A DNA stretch of 64,000 nt from Candidatus Cloacimonadota bacterium. GTDB lineage: Bacteria > Cloacimonadota > Cloacimonadia > JGIOTU-2. The position numbers were made by a program, and so were the translations under genes. How positions within the stretch are numbered: position 1 is the stretch's first letter; the number at the start of each line of letters is the position of its first letter. The stretch covers positions 128,001-192,000 of the forward strand of contig JBNGBT010000005.1 in the NCBI GenBank assembly GCA_049903315.1. The letters are read 5' to 3'. Of the stretch, positions 1 to 10,271 are shown piece by piece. The notes below the pieces were generated by a model. The model worked only from the letters and a program-made list of their open reading frames with translations. It had not been told where the DNA came from and did not search any database.

Positions 1-1
1 G

Positions 2-3000
2 CATCATTATCTTGGTTTCAGTGCCGTGAACTTCATACCTTTTGCATTTTCTTATGAGAACTTTACCGATGGCATTCCTCAAACCTTTGGAAGTACAACT
101 TATTCTCCTCCTTTGCAGCAATATAACTTTCAGAAGGATACAGAGTGGGGAATAAAGATACGTATGCCAGATGGATCACGACCGCCGATAGATGATTGTT
201 TTTTGAACTCATATTATTACAGTGCTGCATTTGCATCCTATTATGATAACGATGTACTGGCATGGGATTATATCCATAGTGATCGTCCCTACAATACATG
301 GGCATCCTCCTCAAACATTGATGTCGAGATGATCTGTCTTTACGATGATGCGTACAAGGGCACCACAGAACCAGGTTATACAAGTGTGTTTGTGCCGGAA
401 GCAGGGCAGGCGGTTTTCAGAAATAATTGGGATAATGATGCCACGTATATGTGCCTGGTAGGGGAACACGGTGTTGCACGTACGGGTGGGCGCTCGCATG
501 AACATCCGGATAATTTGAGCTTCGTTATCTATGCGCTTGGAGAATATCTGGCTCTGGATTCCGGATATATAAGCTGGGGGGAGCACGATAAGGTAAAGCA
601 TGCTGATAATCATAACTTAATACTTGTCAACGGGAGTGGTCCTTCATCTGCTGGAACTTATACTGCAAATGGTGAAGATGCTTATATTCAAAATTATTAC
701 GATACCCGCTTTCTCGATTATGCCGAAGTACAAACGAGTTACCAGAATGTGGATTTCACGAGATGTGCAACATTTTTTAATAATGAGATTTTCATCCTTA
801 CAGATTTTATAACTTCATCCAGCACAAAAACCTATGAATGGCTTCTTCATGGTAATGGGGGCGGATCGACAGGAGGACAGTTTACTTTTTTGACAGATGA
901 AGCTGACAATCGAGGTACGATCGGCTCGCAATATACACAAAATAATATATCCCTCGATTGCTATATCAATTCAATAAATCCTGTAACTTTTTCTTCATAT
1001 GATGATTTTCATGATGATGGAACATATAATGATCCTGCAACACATACAGTGACTAAAGCTTCTACCTCAAGCTCAAATACGATTTTTTCGTCAATACTCA
1101 TTCCCCACGAAAGCACTAAAGATATTACCTATGAATCCCTGGATTACGGAACCACAATCGGCGGATTGGTCACAATTGACAGCACCAAGATACTCACACT
1201 CGCAAAAGAGTATACCTACGGGATTTCTACACTCTTTGATTCTATCCCGCTTGTTTTTAATGCCAATAATATCGCGATTTCAAAGGAAAATGGTGCATTC
1301 CAGCCAACGAATGTGGTTATCAAAAATGGAGATTATCTTCATTATGACGGCACAACATATTTCATCAATACAGAAAATCGCTGCGATCTTGCACTCCATA
1401 TTGACGATGATTTTGCTGACGGGTATGTAAGCGAGCAGGGATGGGTAGAATTCTATACAGGGTATGAGCCGAACTCTGTGTCCGGTGCTGCTTCGTATGA
1501 TTTTTCCGATGGAATTCTTACAATGCAATTTGATGAAGCGTCCAACTTTTATATAGAAGTGGACTGGTCTATTCATCCGATCATAATAGATTCATTGAGC
1601 ACTTATGTTTTTTCTGCAGATGATGAAATAACAGTTTATGGCTCGGGATTTGAGCAGACAGGGACTGTGCTTTTGAATACGCTTGCTGCTGATGAGATTC
1701 TCTCCTGGGATGATACTGAGATCTCTTTGGTCGTACCCGAAGGAGTATCTTCAGGAAATCTCAAGGTAGAGAATATGTATGGTTCGAGTAATGCAATCGC
1801 CTATCAAATAGTGAGTTCTACGGGAAATCCGGAGGTTGCTCAACCCATTCCAAACCACGTTATAACTGCAGGTACGACGAAATTTATTGCTGATCTCAAC
1901 ACAGTTTTCTGGGATCCGAATGGAGATTCGCTGCTCTTTTCGCTGGACTATGATTCACCATATCTAACTCATAATGAAGACTCACTCCAAATTGGGAGAA
2001 TCTATTTTACTGCACAAGACAATAAGCAGGACACACTCTTTGTCACAGTGACTGCTCAAGATGCGGACAGTGCAAGTGCATCGGACCAGTTCGTCGTTTT
2101 TATTCAGGATTTCAATGATCCTCCGCAAATAAATCCGATCCCGTTGCAGATTTTCAGCGAGGATGATTCCCTCATTATTGCCTTTTCCTATTTTGATTCC
2201 CTCGTGTTCGATCCAGATGATGCATACGATGAGCTCACATATTCTTTTGATGAATACACTCCTTTTAACATTCAAAAAGAGATGAGCTCTTTTCACATAC
2301 AAGCTCCAGCAAATTGGTTTGGACAGGTCAATGCGATTTTCCAGGTTTCAGATGGACACAATCTTACGGAAGAGAACTGCGAATTTCTCGTACAACCTGT
2401 TAATGATCAACCGGAAATAGACATGCCGGATTCTATCGTTTTTTTTGAAGATGATACATACATCTTCGATGCAAGTATGTGTATCTCCGATATTGATGAT
2501 TCACTTGCAAATCTGACACTCTCATGGATAGAACCGCAGTATCTTGAGGTTCAGCAAACTGGCTGGGATGTTTATTTATCTACAAAACTACCCGATTGGT
2601 ACGGCATCGACTCAGTAGAATTTACCATCACAGATGATGAGCTTGAAAGTACCAGTGATGTAGTATACGTGCAGGTTCTCGCGCAGAATGATCCGCCCTA
2701 TATTCAGGATACGATCCCCGATCTTACAAAGTATGAAGATTTTGCAGATACTCTACATATTGATCTCAATAATTACTTTGCTGATCCTGATAATGATAGT
2801 CTCTCATATTCAGTTGTTTACGATTCAAGTCAAATTAGAGCATCACTGAATCAAGACCTCATTCAAATTTCCTCACTCCCGAACTGGTCAGGTGATGCGG
2901 AAATTATCGTAACCGCTGATGATGGAAATGAATATTTAAGAAAATACGTGATAGGAAATTCCTCAAAAGAGAGCACACAGGACTCGTTTTTTGTTTATGT

Positions 3001-4780
3001 GATACCGGTGAATGACCCGCCGGAAATTGCTTTACCCGATTCAATAATATTTCTCGAGGATGATACCTATACTTTCAATGCAAGTCAATATATTTCAGAC
3101 ATTGATGATTCTCTGAATAAACTGACACTTTCCTGGACCGATCCTCAACATATTGAGGTTTTGCAAATCGGTTGGGATGTGTATCTTACTCCTCTTCAGC
3201 AAAATTGGTTTGGGACTGATTCTATTACATTTACAATCACAGACGATGATTTTGCAAGTGCGAGCGATGTGGTTCAGGTGCGTGTCATCCCGCAGAATGA
3301 CCCGCCATTTGTTCAGAATGCTCTTCCTGATCTCACTCGTGATGAAGATTTTGCAGATACAATTTATATATTTCTGAATAACTACTTTGCTGATCCTGAT
3401 AATGATTTACTGACATATTCCATTGTATTTGATTCCACTCAAATCATCGCATTCCTCGATAATGAACTTCTCCAACTTTCATCTCGTTTAAACTGGTTTG
3501 GGGATGCAGAAATTACTGTTACTGCCGATGATGAGATTGGAGATTTTTCTCGGGAAACAGCACAGGATTCTTTTTATATACATATCCTGCCAGTTAATGA
3601 TGCACCGAACTTCGCATTACCTGATAGTTTTTCCTTTTTTGAGGATGACACACTCACTGTGGCTTTTGATGATTTTGTGAGTGATGTCGATAACGAACTG
3701 CGGGATCTCACTTTGTCATGGCTTCAGCCCGATTTCATTGCAATCACCAAAGATGACTGGAATGTATCATTTACAAATGCTGTAGAAAACTGGAATGGTA
3801 TAGAATCAGTCACTTTTTTCATTACAGATTCCAGTCTAGCTCAAAGCAGCGACGTAAGTCTTGTGCATGTATATCCTCAAAATGACCCGCCTTATGTTCT
3901 TCCGCAGATAGGGGATTTTACTATACAAGAAGACTCACTCACTCCCATAAATATTTTTCTCGATTTCTATTTCCATGATCCTGACGGAGATGTGTTGGGA
4001 TATCATGCCGATTGGGACTCGACACAACTCAGTATTTCACTTCCTTCAAGCTCGGAAATAAACATCCTCCCGAAACCAGATTGGTTTGGAACTTCAACTA
4101 TCACTATCTCAGCAGATGACGGGTATGCGTATTTGCGAAATCGTTCTGCAATAGCTGATACATTTGATGTTATTGTCGAACCAGTCAACGATCCACCTCA
4201 GATAATTTCTTATATTCCTGAAGAGCTTGATATTTTTCTCTCGGGAGATTCCACAGTACATTTTGAGATTGAGGTTTTTGATGTAGATAATTCTTCGCAT
4301 GATTATGTGTGGACTGTGAATGATTCTGTTCAGAGTGCTAATGACAGCATTCTCATATATCACTTCGAGGAGCAGGGGATTTTCTCCGTTGTAGTCGTCC
4401 TATCCGATCAGGAATATGAAGTATCTGTGGGATGGCATGTTGTTGTATCATATTTTCCGGTTCAGGGAAACGAGGGACTCGCTCAGAGAGTGAATGCTAT
4501 CAAACCAAATCCGTATAATCCGGACAAGGATAATATTTGCGAATTTTATTTTGAGTCAACAAAGCAAAAAAATTATTCTGTAAACATTTACAATATTTCC
4601 GGGCAGTTCATAAAAAGTGCTACAGCGGAATTTTTAGAGCAAAAGGGAGAAGCATTCGTGTATCAAGCCACATGGGACGGGCGCAATGAAAAGGGTTTGA
4701 TGTGCACGTCGGGCTTGTATTTATTCAAAGTGAATATCGAAAATACAACGTATATAAAAAAGATGCTCTTATTGCATTAA
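2..4780 (+). CDS. Secreted heparinase II/III-like polysaccharide lyase with IPT/TIG domain, tandem cadherin-like/Ig repeats and C-terminal FlgD/T9SS-type sorting domain (5'-truncated)
   Basis: Frame is open from base 2 (HHYLGFSAVNF...), so the true start lies upstream of the window. Contains the H-x-H-x-D-x-x-SF motif (HEHPDNLSF), LALDSG and HNLILVNG typical of Hepar_II_III. ITVYGSGF...SWDDTEI is IPT-like. Repeated PVNDxP/EDD/DID units. C-terminus PNPYNP...IYNISGQ...WDGRNEKG...SGLY...KKMLLL. Confidence 0.8.
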   Translation, partial: HHYLGFSAVNFIPFAFSYENFTDGIPQTFGSTTYSPPLQQYNFQKDTEWGIKIRMPDGSRPPIDDCFLNSYYYSAAFASYYDNDVLAWDYIHSDRPYNTWASSSNIDVEMICLYDDAYKGTTEPGYTSVFVPEAGQAVFRNNWDNDATYMCLVGEHGVARTGGRSHEHPDNLSFVIYALGEYLALDSGYISWGEHDKVKHADNHNLILVNGSGPSSAGTYTANGEDAYIQNYYDTRFLDYAEVQTSYQNVDFTRCATFFNNEIFILTDFITSSSTKTYEWLLHGNGGGSTGGQFTFLTDEADNRGTIGSQYTQNNISLDCYINSINPVTFSSYDDFHDDGTYNDPATHTVTKASTSSSNTIFSSILIPHESTKDITYESLDYGTTIGGLVTIDSTKILTLAKEYTYGISTLFDSIPLVFNANNIAISKENGAFQPTNVVIKNGDYLHYDGTTYFINTENRCDLALHIDDDFADGYVSEQGWVEFYTGYEPNSVSGAASYDFSDGILTMQFDEASNFYIEVDWSIHPIIIDSLSTYVFSADDEITVYGSGFEQTGTVLLNTLAADEILSWDDTEISLVVPEGVSSGNLKVENMYGSSNAIAYQIVSSTGNPEVAQPIPNHVITAGTTKFIADLNTVFWDPNGDSLLFSLDYDSPYLTHNEDSLQIGRIYFTAQDNKQDTLFVTVTAQDADSASASDQFVVFIQDFNDPPQINPIPLQIFSEDDSLIIAFSYFDSLVFDPDDAYDELTYSFDEYTPFNIQKEMSSFHIQAPANWFGQVNAIFQVSDGHNLTEENCEFLVQPVNDQPEIDMPDSIVFFEDDTYIFDASMCISDIDDSLANLTLSWIEPQYLEVQQTGWDVYLSTKLPDWYGIDSVEFTITDDELESTSDVVYVQVLAQNDPPYIQDTIPDLTKYEDFADTLHIDLNNYFADPDNDSLSYSVVYDSSQIRASLNQDLIQISSLPNWSGDAEIIVTADDGNEYLRKYVIGNSSKESTQDSFFVYVIPVNDPPEIALPDSIIFLEDDTYTFNASQYISDIDDSLNKLTLSWTDPQHIEVLQIGWDVYLTPLQQNWFGTDSITFTITDDDFASASDVVQVRVIPQNDPPFVQNALPDLTRDEDFADTIYIFLNNYFADPDNDLLTYSIVFDSTQIIAFLDNELLQLSSRLNWFGDAEITVTADDEIGDFSRETAQDSFYIHILPVNDAPNFALPDSFSFFEDDTLTVAFDDFVSDVDNELRDLTLSWLQPDFIAITKDDWNVSFTNAVENWNGIESVTFFITDSSLAQSSDVSLVHVYPQNDPPYVLPQIGDFTIQEDSLTPINIFLDFYFHDPDGDVLGYHADWDSTQLSISLPSSSEINILPKPDWFGTSTITISADDGYAYLRNRSAIADTFDVIVEPVNDPPQIISYIPEELDIFLSGDSTVHFEIEVFDVDNSSHDYVWTVNDSVQSANDSILIYHFEEQGIFSVVVVLSDQEYEVSVGWHVVVSYFPVQGNEGLAQRVNAIKPNPYNPDKDNICEFYFESTKQKNYSVNIYNISGQFIKSATAEFLEQKGEAFVYQATWDGRNEKGLMCTSGLYLFKVNIENTTYIKKMLLLH
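2395..4200 (+). repeat. Three ~200-aa intragenic double repeats (cadherin-like/Ig-like)
   Basis: Units start PVNDQPEIDMPDSI (~2395), PVNDPPEIALPDSI (~3005) and PVNDAPNFALPDSF (~3590). Each contains a QNDPP..EDFAD..YFADPD second half. Confidence 0.85.
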
Positions 4781-4793
4781 AATCGGAGGTACG

Positions 4794-5837
4794 ATGAAAA
4801 AAGCAGTACTATGTTGTTTAGTGATTATGCTGAGTGCAGTTGCATTTCTGAGCGCAGACGCAACTTTCTATGGCTCAGCACGTCTGGGATTCTGGTATGA
4901 GAATACGGACAAAGATTGGAATTGTTATCAATACGGCGTGAGTGAAAGCAATCTTGCGCTTAACTATGCCATGCAGAGTAATAGTAGGTTCGGTGCTAAT
5001 TTCACAACTAATGGTATAACTGGTAAGCTCGAACTCGGTGTTTCTCCCTCAAGTGTTGGTTTACGGCTCCTTTATGGAAAATTGACCAAAGGTGATAAAT
5101 CGATAACTATCGGGCAGGATTATTCCGGTTTCAAGCCCTATGGCGACCAGGTGTATGCAGATGATCTGAATTTTATTAATTACGGCTTATTCTATGATGG
5201 CCGACAGCCAATGGTGAAATTCACATTCAAAAACAGATTCAATGCAATGTTCATAGCTCCCAAACAGGTTGATGTCACAAATCTTGGTGGACTTCAGTCT
5301 CTTGTTCCCAAAGTCAATCTCAGTTATGAATATACGGGCTCTAAATTTTACTTCGCAGCTTCTGCCGGTGTGAATATGAATAAATACAATAAGAACTTCA
5401 ACACTGACCAGCTCGACAAGATGATCCTTGCCTATGTAGTCACATTAACTGGAAAATACAATCTTGGCATGCTGGATATTCTTGCGCAGTACAGCTATGG
5501 TGTGAACGTTGGCAACTACGGTATCTGCACGATCACTCCCTCGAATGTTGTGTATACTCCTAGTAACAAATCATTTGAAGATACCAAGACCTTTGGTGGT
5601 TTGGTTGTTTTGGAAAGTGCGCTTCTCAACGTCGGTGCCAGCTATATCGAGACCTGCAACTCACTTTGGAGTGATAAAGACACTGCGATGAGTGCGTTCA
5701 TACAGAAGAAAATAGATATATGCAAAAATGTATTCCTCGTTCCAGAAGTTGGTCTCATGGACAATATGAAAGATAATACTGGCGCTAAGGAAGGGAAGAA
5801 AATTTATGGCGGCATGAAGATCCAGGCAGATATGTAA
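4794..5837 (+). CDS. Porin-like outer-membrane beta-barrel protein
   Basis: GGAGG RBS, signal peptide, ATFYGSARLG start, NSRFG, LRLLYG and IGQD motifs resembling general porins, alternating beta-strand pattern. Confidence 0.65.
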   Translation: MKKAVLCCLVIMLSAVAFLSADATFYGSARLGFWYENTDKDWNCYQYGVSESNLALNYAMQSNSRFGANFTTNGITGKLELGVSPSSVGLRLLYGKLTKGDKSITIGQDYSGFKPYGDQVYADDLNFINYGLFYDGRQPMVKFTFKNRFNAMFIAPKQVDVTNLGGLQSLVPKVNLSYEYTGSKFYFAASAGVNMNKYNKNFNTDQLDKMILAYVVTLTGKYNLGMLDILAQYSYGVNVGNYGICTITPSNVVYTPSNKSFEDTKTFGGLVVLESALLNVGASYIETCNSLWSDKDTAMSAFIQKKIDICKNVFLVPEVGLMDNMKDNTGAKEGKKIYGGMKIQADM

Positions 5838-5860
5838 CAGATTTATATTTCTAATAATTT

Positions 5861-5892
5861 AAAGGACGATTCGGAAGGATCGTCCTTTTTTT
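5861..5892 (+). terminator. Rho-independent terminator
   Basis: AAAGGACGATTC-GGAA-GGATCGTCCTTT stem followed by a T-run, directly after the porin stop. Confidence 0.85.
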
Positions 5893-6094
5893 GTTTATCT
5901 TATTATTATATTGGCTAATAGGATATGAAGTAATATGAATTAAATAAATTTGACAACAAAGGAAGGAATATTTGAAGTTTACAGTACGTAAAGTTGAAGT
6001 TGGTTTTATTTGCTTTCTGGACGGAAAAATTTATGAAAAAGAAATATAAAATTAATTTTGAAAAAACTGTATTTAGATAAAATATGGAGGTTGA

Positions 6095-9000
6095 ATGAAA
6101 AAGTTTATTATCATATTTGGATTAATATTATTTAGCATACAAGCACTATACGCAACAATTACAGTAGATGGTTTTTGCTATTTGGAAAATGCAACCGATC
6201 ATTCTGGAACAAAAGTTCTATTTAATGCTGTTTCTGCTTCTGCTGTTACCGACAGCATATTTACAAACACAAACGGCTCATTTATTCTTGCAATTGAAGA
6301 AGGTATTTATACTGTCCACTACTCTCACGATGGATGGCAGCCTTATACTATTCCCGGTGATATTCCTTTATTTGTAGATACTACCCTTGATGATGTAACT
6401 CTTTCTTCCGGTGTGATGATAGAAGTATCAGGACCGCAAAGCGGTATTTGGTCTTCTAATAATATTTATCAGGTTATTGGAGATATATCTGTAGCTAATG
6501 GAGATTCCCTGATAATCGAGCCTGGAGTTACTGTAAAATTTATGGATTACTATTCGTTTAAAATTTATGGAAAACTTGTAGCGGTTGGATCAGAAGCAGA
6601 TACCATTCGTTTTACTTCTGGACAAATAACAGGAAATCCCAGTGATTGGGATAGAATACATTTTCAAAGCGGATCTGATTCCAATAGTATAATATCATAT
6701 TCAATAATTGATTATGCAAGTAACGGAATCTATTGTAGTAATTCTTCACCAAATTTAAGTAATAACGTTATTAGGAATAATGGTTTTTATTTAGAGGAAG
6801 GAGGAATATATTGCTCATCTTCATCCCCAACCATTAGTAATAATACGATCAATAATAATGTTTGTGGGATTTATTGCCGTTCTTCTTCTTTTCCTACTAT
6901 AAATAATAACACGATCATTAATAACTCTACATCAATTTATTGCATCTATTCTTCTTCTCCTCACATTACTAATAATTTTATTAGTAATAATTCTTCGGGA
7001 ATTTTCTGCAACGATTCTTCTTCTCCGACCATCAGCAATAACACTATAAGTAATATTACTTGGACTGGAATCTCCTTTCAAAATTCTTCTTCGCCTATTA
7101 TCACCAATAACACGATTAGTAATTCTGAATTTGGAATCACTTGCCATACTTCTTCTTCGATTATCCTGAATAATATTCTTTATGATAACTCTTATGGCTT
7201 ATATGCATATTTATCTCCTTCCTCATTGGAATACAATCTATTCTGGTTAAATGTTTATGATGGTTATGGAGATGGTATCCCAATTTACTTTGAGGAAATT
7301 CTAACAGTAAATGCCAATGGAGATTCTTGCGATGCATACATGAATTTGTTTATAGATCCATTATTTGTTGATTCTCTTAATGGAGACTATCATCTAACAG
7401 AAAATTCACCCTGTATAGATGCTGGGAATCCAACCACAATCTATTATGATCCTGATGGTACTATATCAGATATAGGAGCTTTCTATTTTGACCAACTACC
7501 CTTTTTTCCTAATGCTGATTTTTCCGCAAATATTACAAATGGTATTTTTCCTTTAATTGTAGATTTTACAGATTTATCTACTGTGGGGTTAATGGGGTAT
7601 CCAATTAATGAATGGTTTTGGGATTTTAATAATGATGGAACTATAGATTCAAATGAACAGAATCCTCAATGGACTTACCCAGAAGCCGGTTTATATACTG
7701 TAACATTAACAGTTAGTGATGGTTCAAATACTGGTACTGAAACAAAGGTGGATTATATTACAGTTTTGGAACCAATAGATGCTGATTTTGAAGCAGTTCC
7801 TTCTATTGGATTAGCTCCTCTTGATGTTCAATTCACAGATTTATCAACCGGAGGACTACAGACATTATTTAGAGAGTCTAAAAAATCAAACAATTCAAAA
7901 ATAATAGAGAACTATAATTCAAGAGATATTGTGTCCTGGGAATGGGATTTTGATAATGATGGAACCATAGATTCATATTTACAAAATCCAAATTATACTT
8001 ACTCGGAGGTTGGAGTATACTCAGTTTCACTTACAGTAAGTGATGGCACAAATGAAGATACAGAGATTAAAGCGGATTATATTACAGTTGGAGAACCAAT
8101 AGATGCTGATTTTGAAGCAGATCCTCTTTTTGGTTTACCCCCTCTCGTTGTTCAATTTACAGATTTATCAACCGGAGGACTACAGACATTATTTAGAGAA
8201 TCTAAAAAATCAAACATTTCAAAAATAATAGAGAACGATAAATCAAGAGATATTGTTTCATGGGAATGGGATTTTAATAATGATGGATCAATAGATTCAA
8301 ATGAACAGAATCCTCAATGGATTTATACAGAAGCTGGATTATATACTGTAACATTAAAAGTTAGCGATGGTTCAAATACTGGTACTGAAGCAAAGACGGA
8401 ATATATCACAGTTGGAGAACCAATAATTGTTGATTTTGCGGCAGATATTACTTTAGGTTCATTTCCTCTTGATGTTCAATTCACAGATTTATCAAATGGT
8501 GGACTTGATACTTCAGATGGAGAAAGTGAAAGAGTAAACAATAAAGAAATTGTTGAAACAAATAATTTGAGAGATATTGTAATTTGGGAATGGGATTTTG
8601 ATAATGACGGACTTATTGATAGTAATGAGCAGAATCCCTCTTATATTTATAATTCAATCGGATATTATTCAGTTTGTTTGACTGTTTATGATAATATTAA
8701 TAATTCTAAAACATTAACAAAAGAGGATTATATTTTTGTAAATCCCGATATTGCATTTTTATATCAAACAGATGGAGTAATAGAAAGCGGAATTTCTTTA
8801 TTATCAGAAGATGTAATATATTCTGCTGCATCCGGAGATTGTGTTTATAGATTCAATAATAGCGGACAGATTGAATATACCTTGAACGTTAATGGTGATA
8901 TTAAATCTGCTACCACAATTACTCCGGATCATAATGTTTATATTGCATCAACTGATTATAATCTGTATTCATTCAATTCAAATGGTGTTAGTAATACTGG

Positions 9001-10147
9001 ATGGCCATTATCTCTTGGAGCTGAAGCAACAGCTTCAGTTGCATCTGATTCAGCTGGCAATATTTATATTGGTACAAGAAATGGAATTTTCCAAGTTGTT
9101 AATCCTAACGGAGAGAATATTTGGTCATATAACGTAGGTGCACCGATTCATTCCTCTGCGGTAATCTCTTTTGATAATACGCTATATGTAATAAATACAA
9201 ATGGCAGATTATATGCTTTTAATCTTAATTTAATTGATCCTCAAAATGTTGCTTATAAATGGAGGGTTGCAACAAATGGATCAGTTTCTTCAACTCCCGC
9301 TTTGGATGATATTAACAACATATATATCACTAATGAGAATGGTCAATTGATCAAAATAAATGATGATGGAATTAATGGAAGTATAGAATGGACTTTCGAA
9401 TCCGGATCGACTATTATTGAATCATCTCCAATTATAGACAGTAATTATAATGTTTATTTTGGATGTTCTAATGGTAAAGTTTATTCAGTAAACGATAGTG
9501 GTCACTTAAACTGGAGTAGTGATGAATTTGGTCCAATCAAAAGCACTGGAGCTTTATTTGAATCAGATGAAATCCAAAGTAGAATTTATATTGGTTCTGA
9601 TAATGGGAAATTACATACATTATCATCAGATGATGGTTCTGTTCTATGGGAATATAACGCAGGCTCAGCTATTGTATGTCCTATCTTATACGATGCTGGT
9701 AAAATTTACTTTGGTACAATTAATGGTGAGATATTAGTAATAAATGATCCCGACATTTCAGCAGGAACTATATTCAGGGATACTTCGATATGGTCAACAT
9801 TCCAGGGAAATAATCTGCGTACAGGAAATCAAACTGACAATATGGTTGCAGTTGACCCTGAAAATGTTAATAATATTTCTTTGTTAATGCAAAATTATCC
9901 AAACCCAATTAATTCAAACACAAACGAACTTAAAGTGTCTTTTATTATGAAGCAAAGAGGAAATGTTACAATTCAGTTATTTAACATAAAAGGGCAAAAA
10001 GTTTCAACTCTTTTAAATGAAAATAAAAATGTTGGTGAATACCTAATAATGTATCCAATTAATGAATTATCATCAGGAATATATTTCACCAAGATGAGTG
10101 TTGATGGTGTCGAAAAAGAGATAATGAAAGTGGTGTTGCTGAGATAG
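6095..10147 (+). CDS. Secreted modular protein: right-handed beta-helix, 4 PKD domains, PQQ-type beta-propeller, FlgD/T9SS-type C-terminal domain
   Basis: GGAGG RBS and signal peptide. GIYCxxSSPxIxNNxI repeats; SPCIDAG..DPDGT..DIGA; four WxWDFxNDG..QNP PKD units; SSP/GxIY/W propeller repeats; QNYPNP..FNIKGQ..SGIYF..KVVLLR tail. Confidence 0.85.
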   Translation: MKKFIIIFGLILFSIQALYATITVDGFCYLENATDHSGTKVLFNAVSASAVTDSIFTNTNGSFILAIEEGIYTVHYSHDGWQPYTIPGDIPLFVDTTLDDVTLSSGVMIEVSGPQSGIWSSNNIYQVIGDISVANGDSLIIEPGVTVKFMDYYSFKIYGKLVAVGSEADTIRFTSGQITGNPSDWDRIHFQSGSDSNSIISYSIIDYASNGIYCSNSSPNLSNNVIRNNGFYLEEGGIYCSSSSPTISNNTINNNVCGIYCRSSSFPTINNNTIINNSTSIYCIYSSSPHITNNFISNNSSGIFCNDSSSPTISNNTISNITWTGISFQNSSSPIITNNTISNSEFGITCHTSSSIILNNILYDNSYGLYAYLSPSSLEYNLFWLNVYDGYGDGIPIYFEEILTVNANGDSCDAYMNLFIDPLFVDSLNGDYHLTENSPCIDAGNPTTIYYDPDGTISDIGAFYFDQLPFFPNADFSANITNGIFPLIVDFTDLSTVGLMGYPINEWFWDFNNDGTIDSNEQNPQWTYPEAGLYTVTLTVSDGSNTGTETKVDYITVLEPIDADFEAVPSIGLAPLDVQFTDLSTGGLQTLFRESKKSNNSKIIENYNSRDIVSWEWDFDNDGTIDSYLQNPNYTYSEVGVYSVSLTVSDGTNEDTEIKADYITVGEPIDADFEADPLFGLPPLVVQFTDLSTGGLQTLFRESKKSNISKIIENDKSRDIVSWEWDFNNDGSIDSNEQNPQWIYTEAGLYTVTLKVSDGSNTGTEAKTEYITVGEPIIVDFAADITLGSFPLDVQFTDLSNGGLDTSDGESERVNNKEIVETNNLRDIVIWEWDFDNDGLIDSNEQNPSYIYNSIGYYSVCLTVYDNINNSKTLTKEDYIFVNPDIAFLYQTDGVIESGISLLSEDVIYSAASGDCVYRFNNSGQIEYTLNVNGDIKSATTITPDHNVYIASTDYNLYSFNSNGVSNTGWPLSLGAEATASVASDSAGNIYIGTRNGIFQVVNPNGENIWSYNVGAPIHSSAVISFDNTLYVINTNGRLYAFNLNLIDPQNVAYKWRVATNGSVSSTPALDDINNIYITNENGQLIKINDDGINGSIEWTFESGSTIIESSPIIDSNYNVYFGCSNGKVYSVNDSGHLNWSSDEFGPIKSTGALFESDEIQSRIYIGSDNGKLHTLSSDDGSVLWEYNAGSAIVCPILYDAGKIYFGTINGEILVINDPDISAGTIFRDTSIWSTFQGNNLRTGNQTDNMVAVDPENVNNISLLMQNYPNPINSNTNELKVSFIMKQRGNVTIQLFNIKGQKVSTLLNENKNVGEYLIMYPINELSSGIYFTKMSVDGVEKEIMKVVLLR
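7500..8745 (+). repeat. Four tandem PKD repeats with ~324-bp period
   Basis: GAACCAATAGATGCTGATTTTGAAGCAG at 7769 and 8093 (offset 324). TGGGATTTTAATAATGATGGA at 7619 and 8267 (offset 648). Confidence 0.9.
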
Positions 10148-10271
10148 GTAATACATCACGGAATGGTCAATGACGGCTCTATAAATAAGAATGCATTGAA
10201 TAAATTTGACAGCAAATTGAGCAATGTTCCAGTTAAAACAAGAATATTGATGAGCTCAAACAGGGGGAGAC

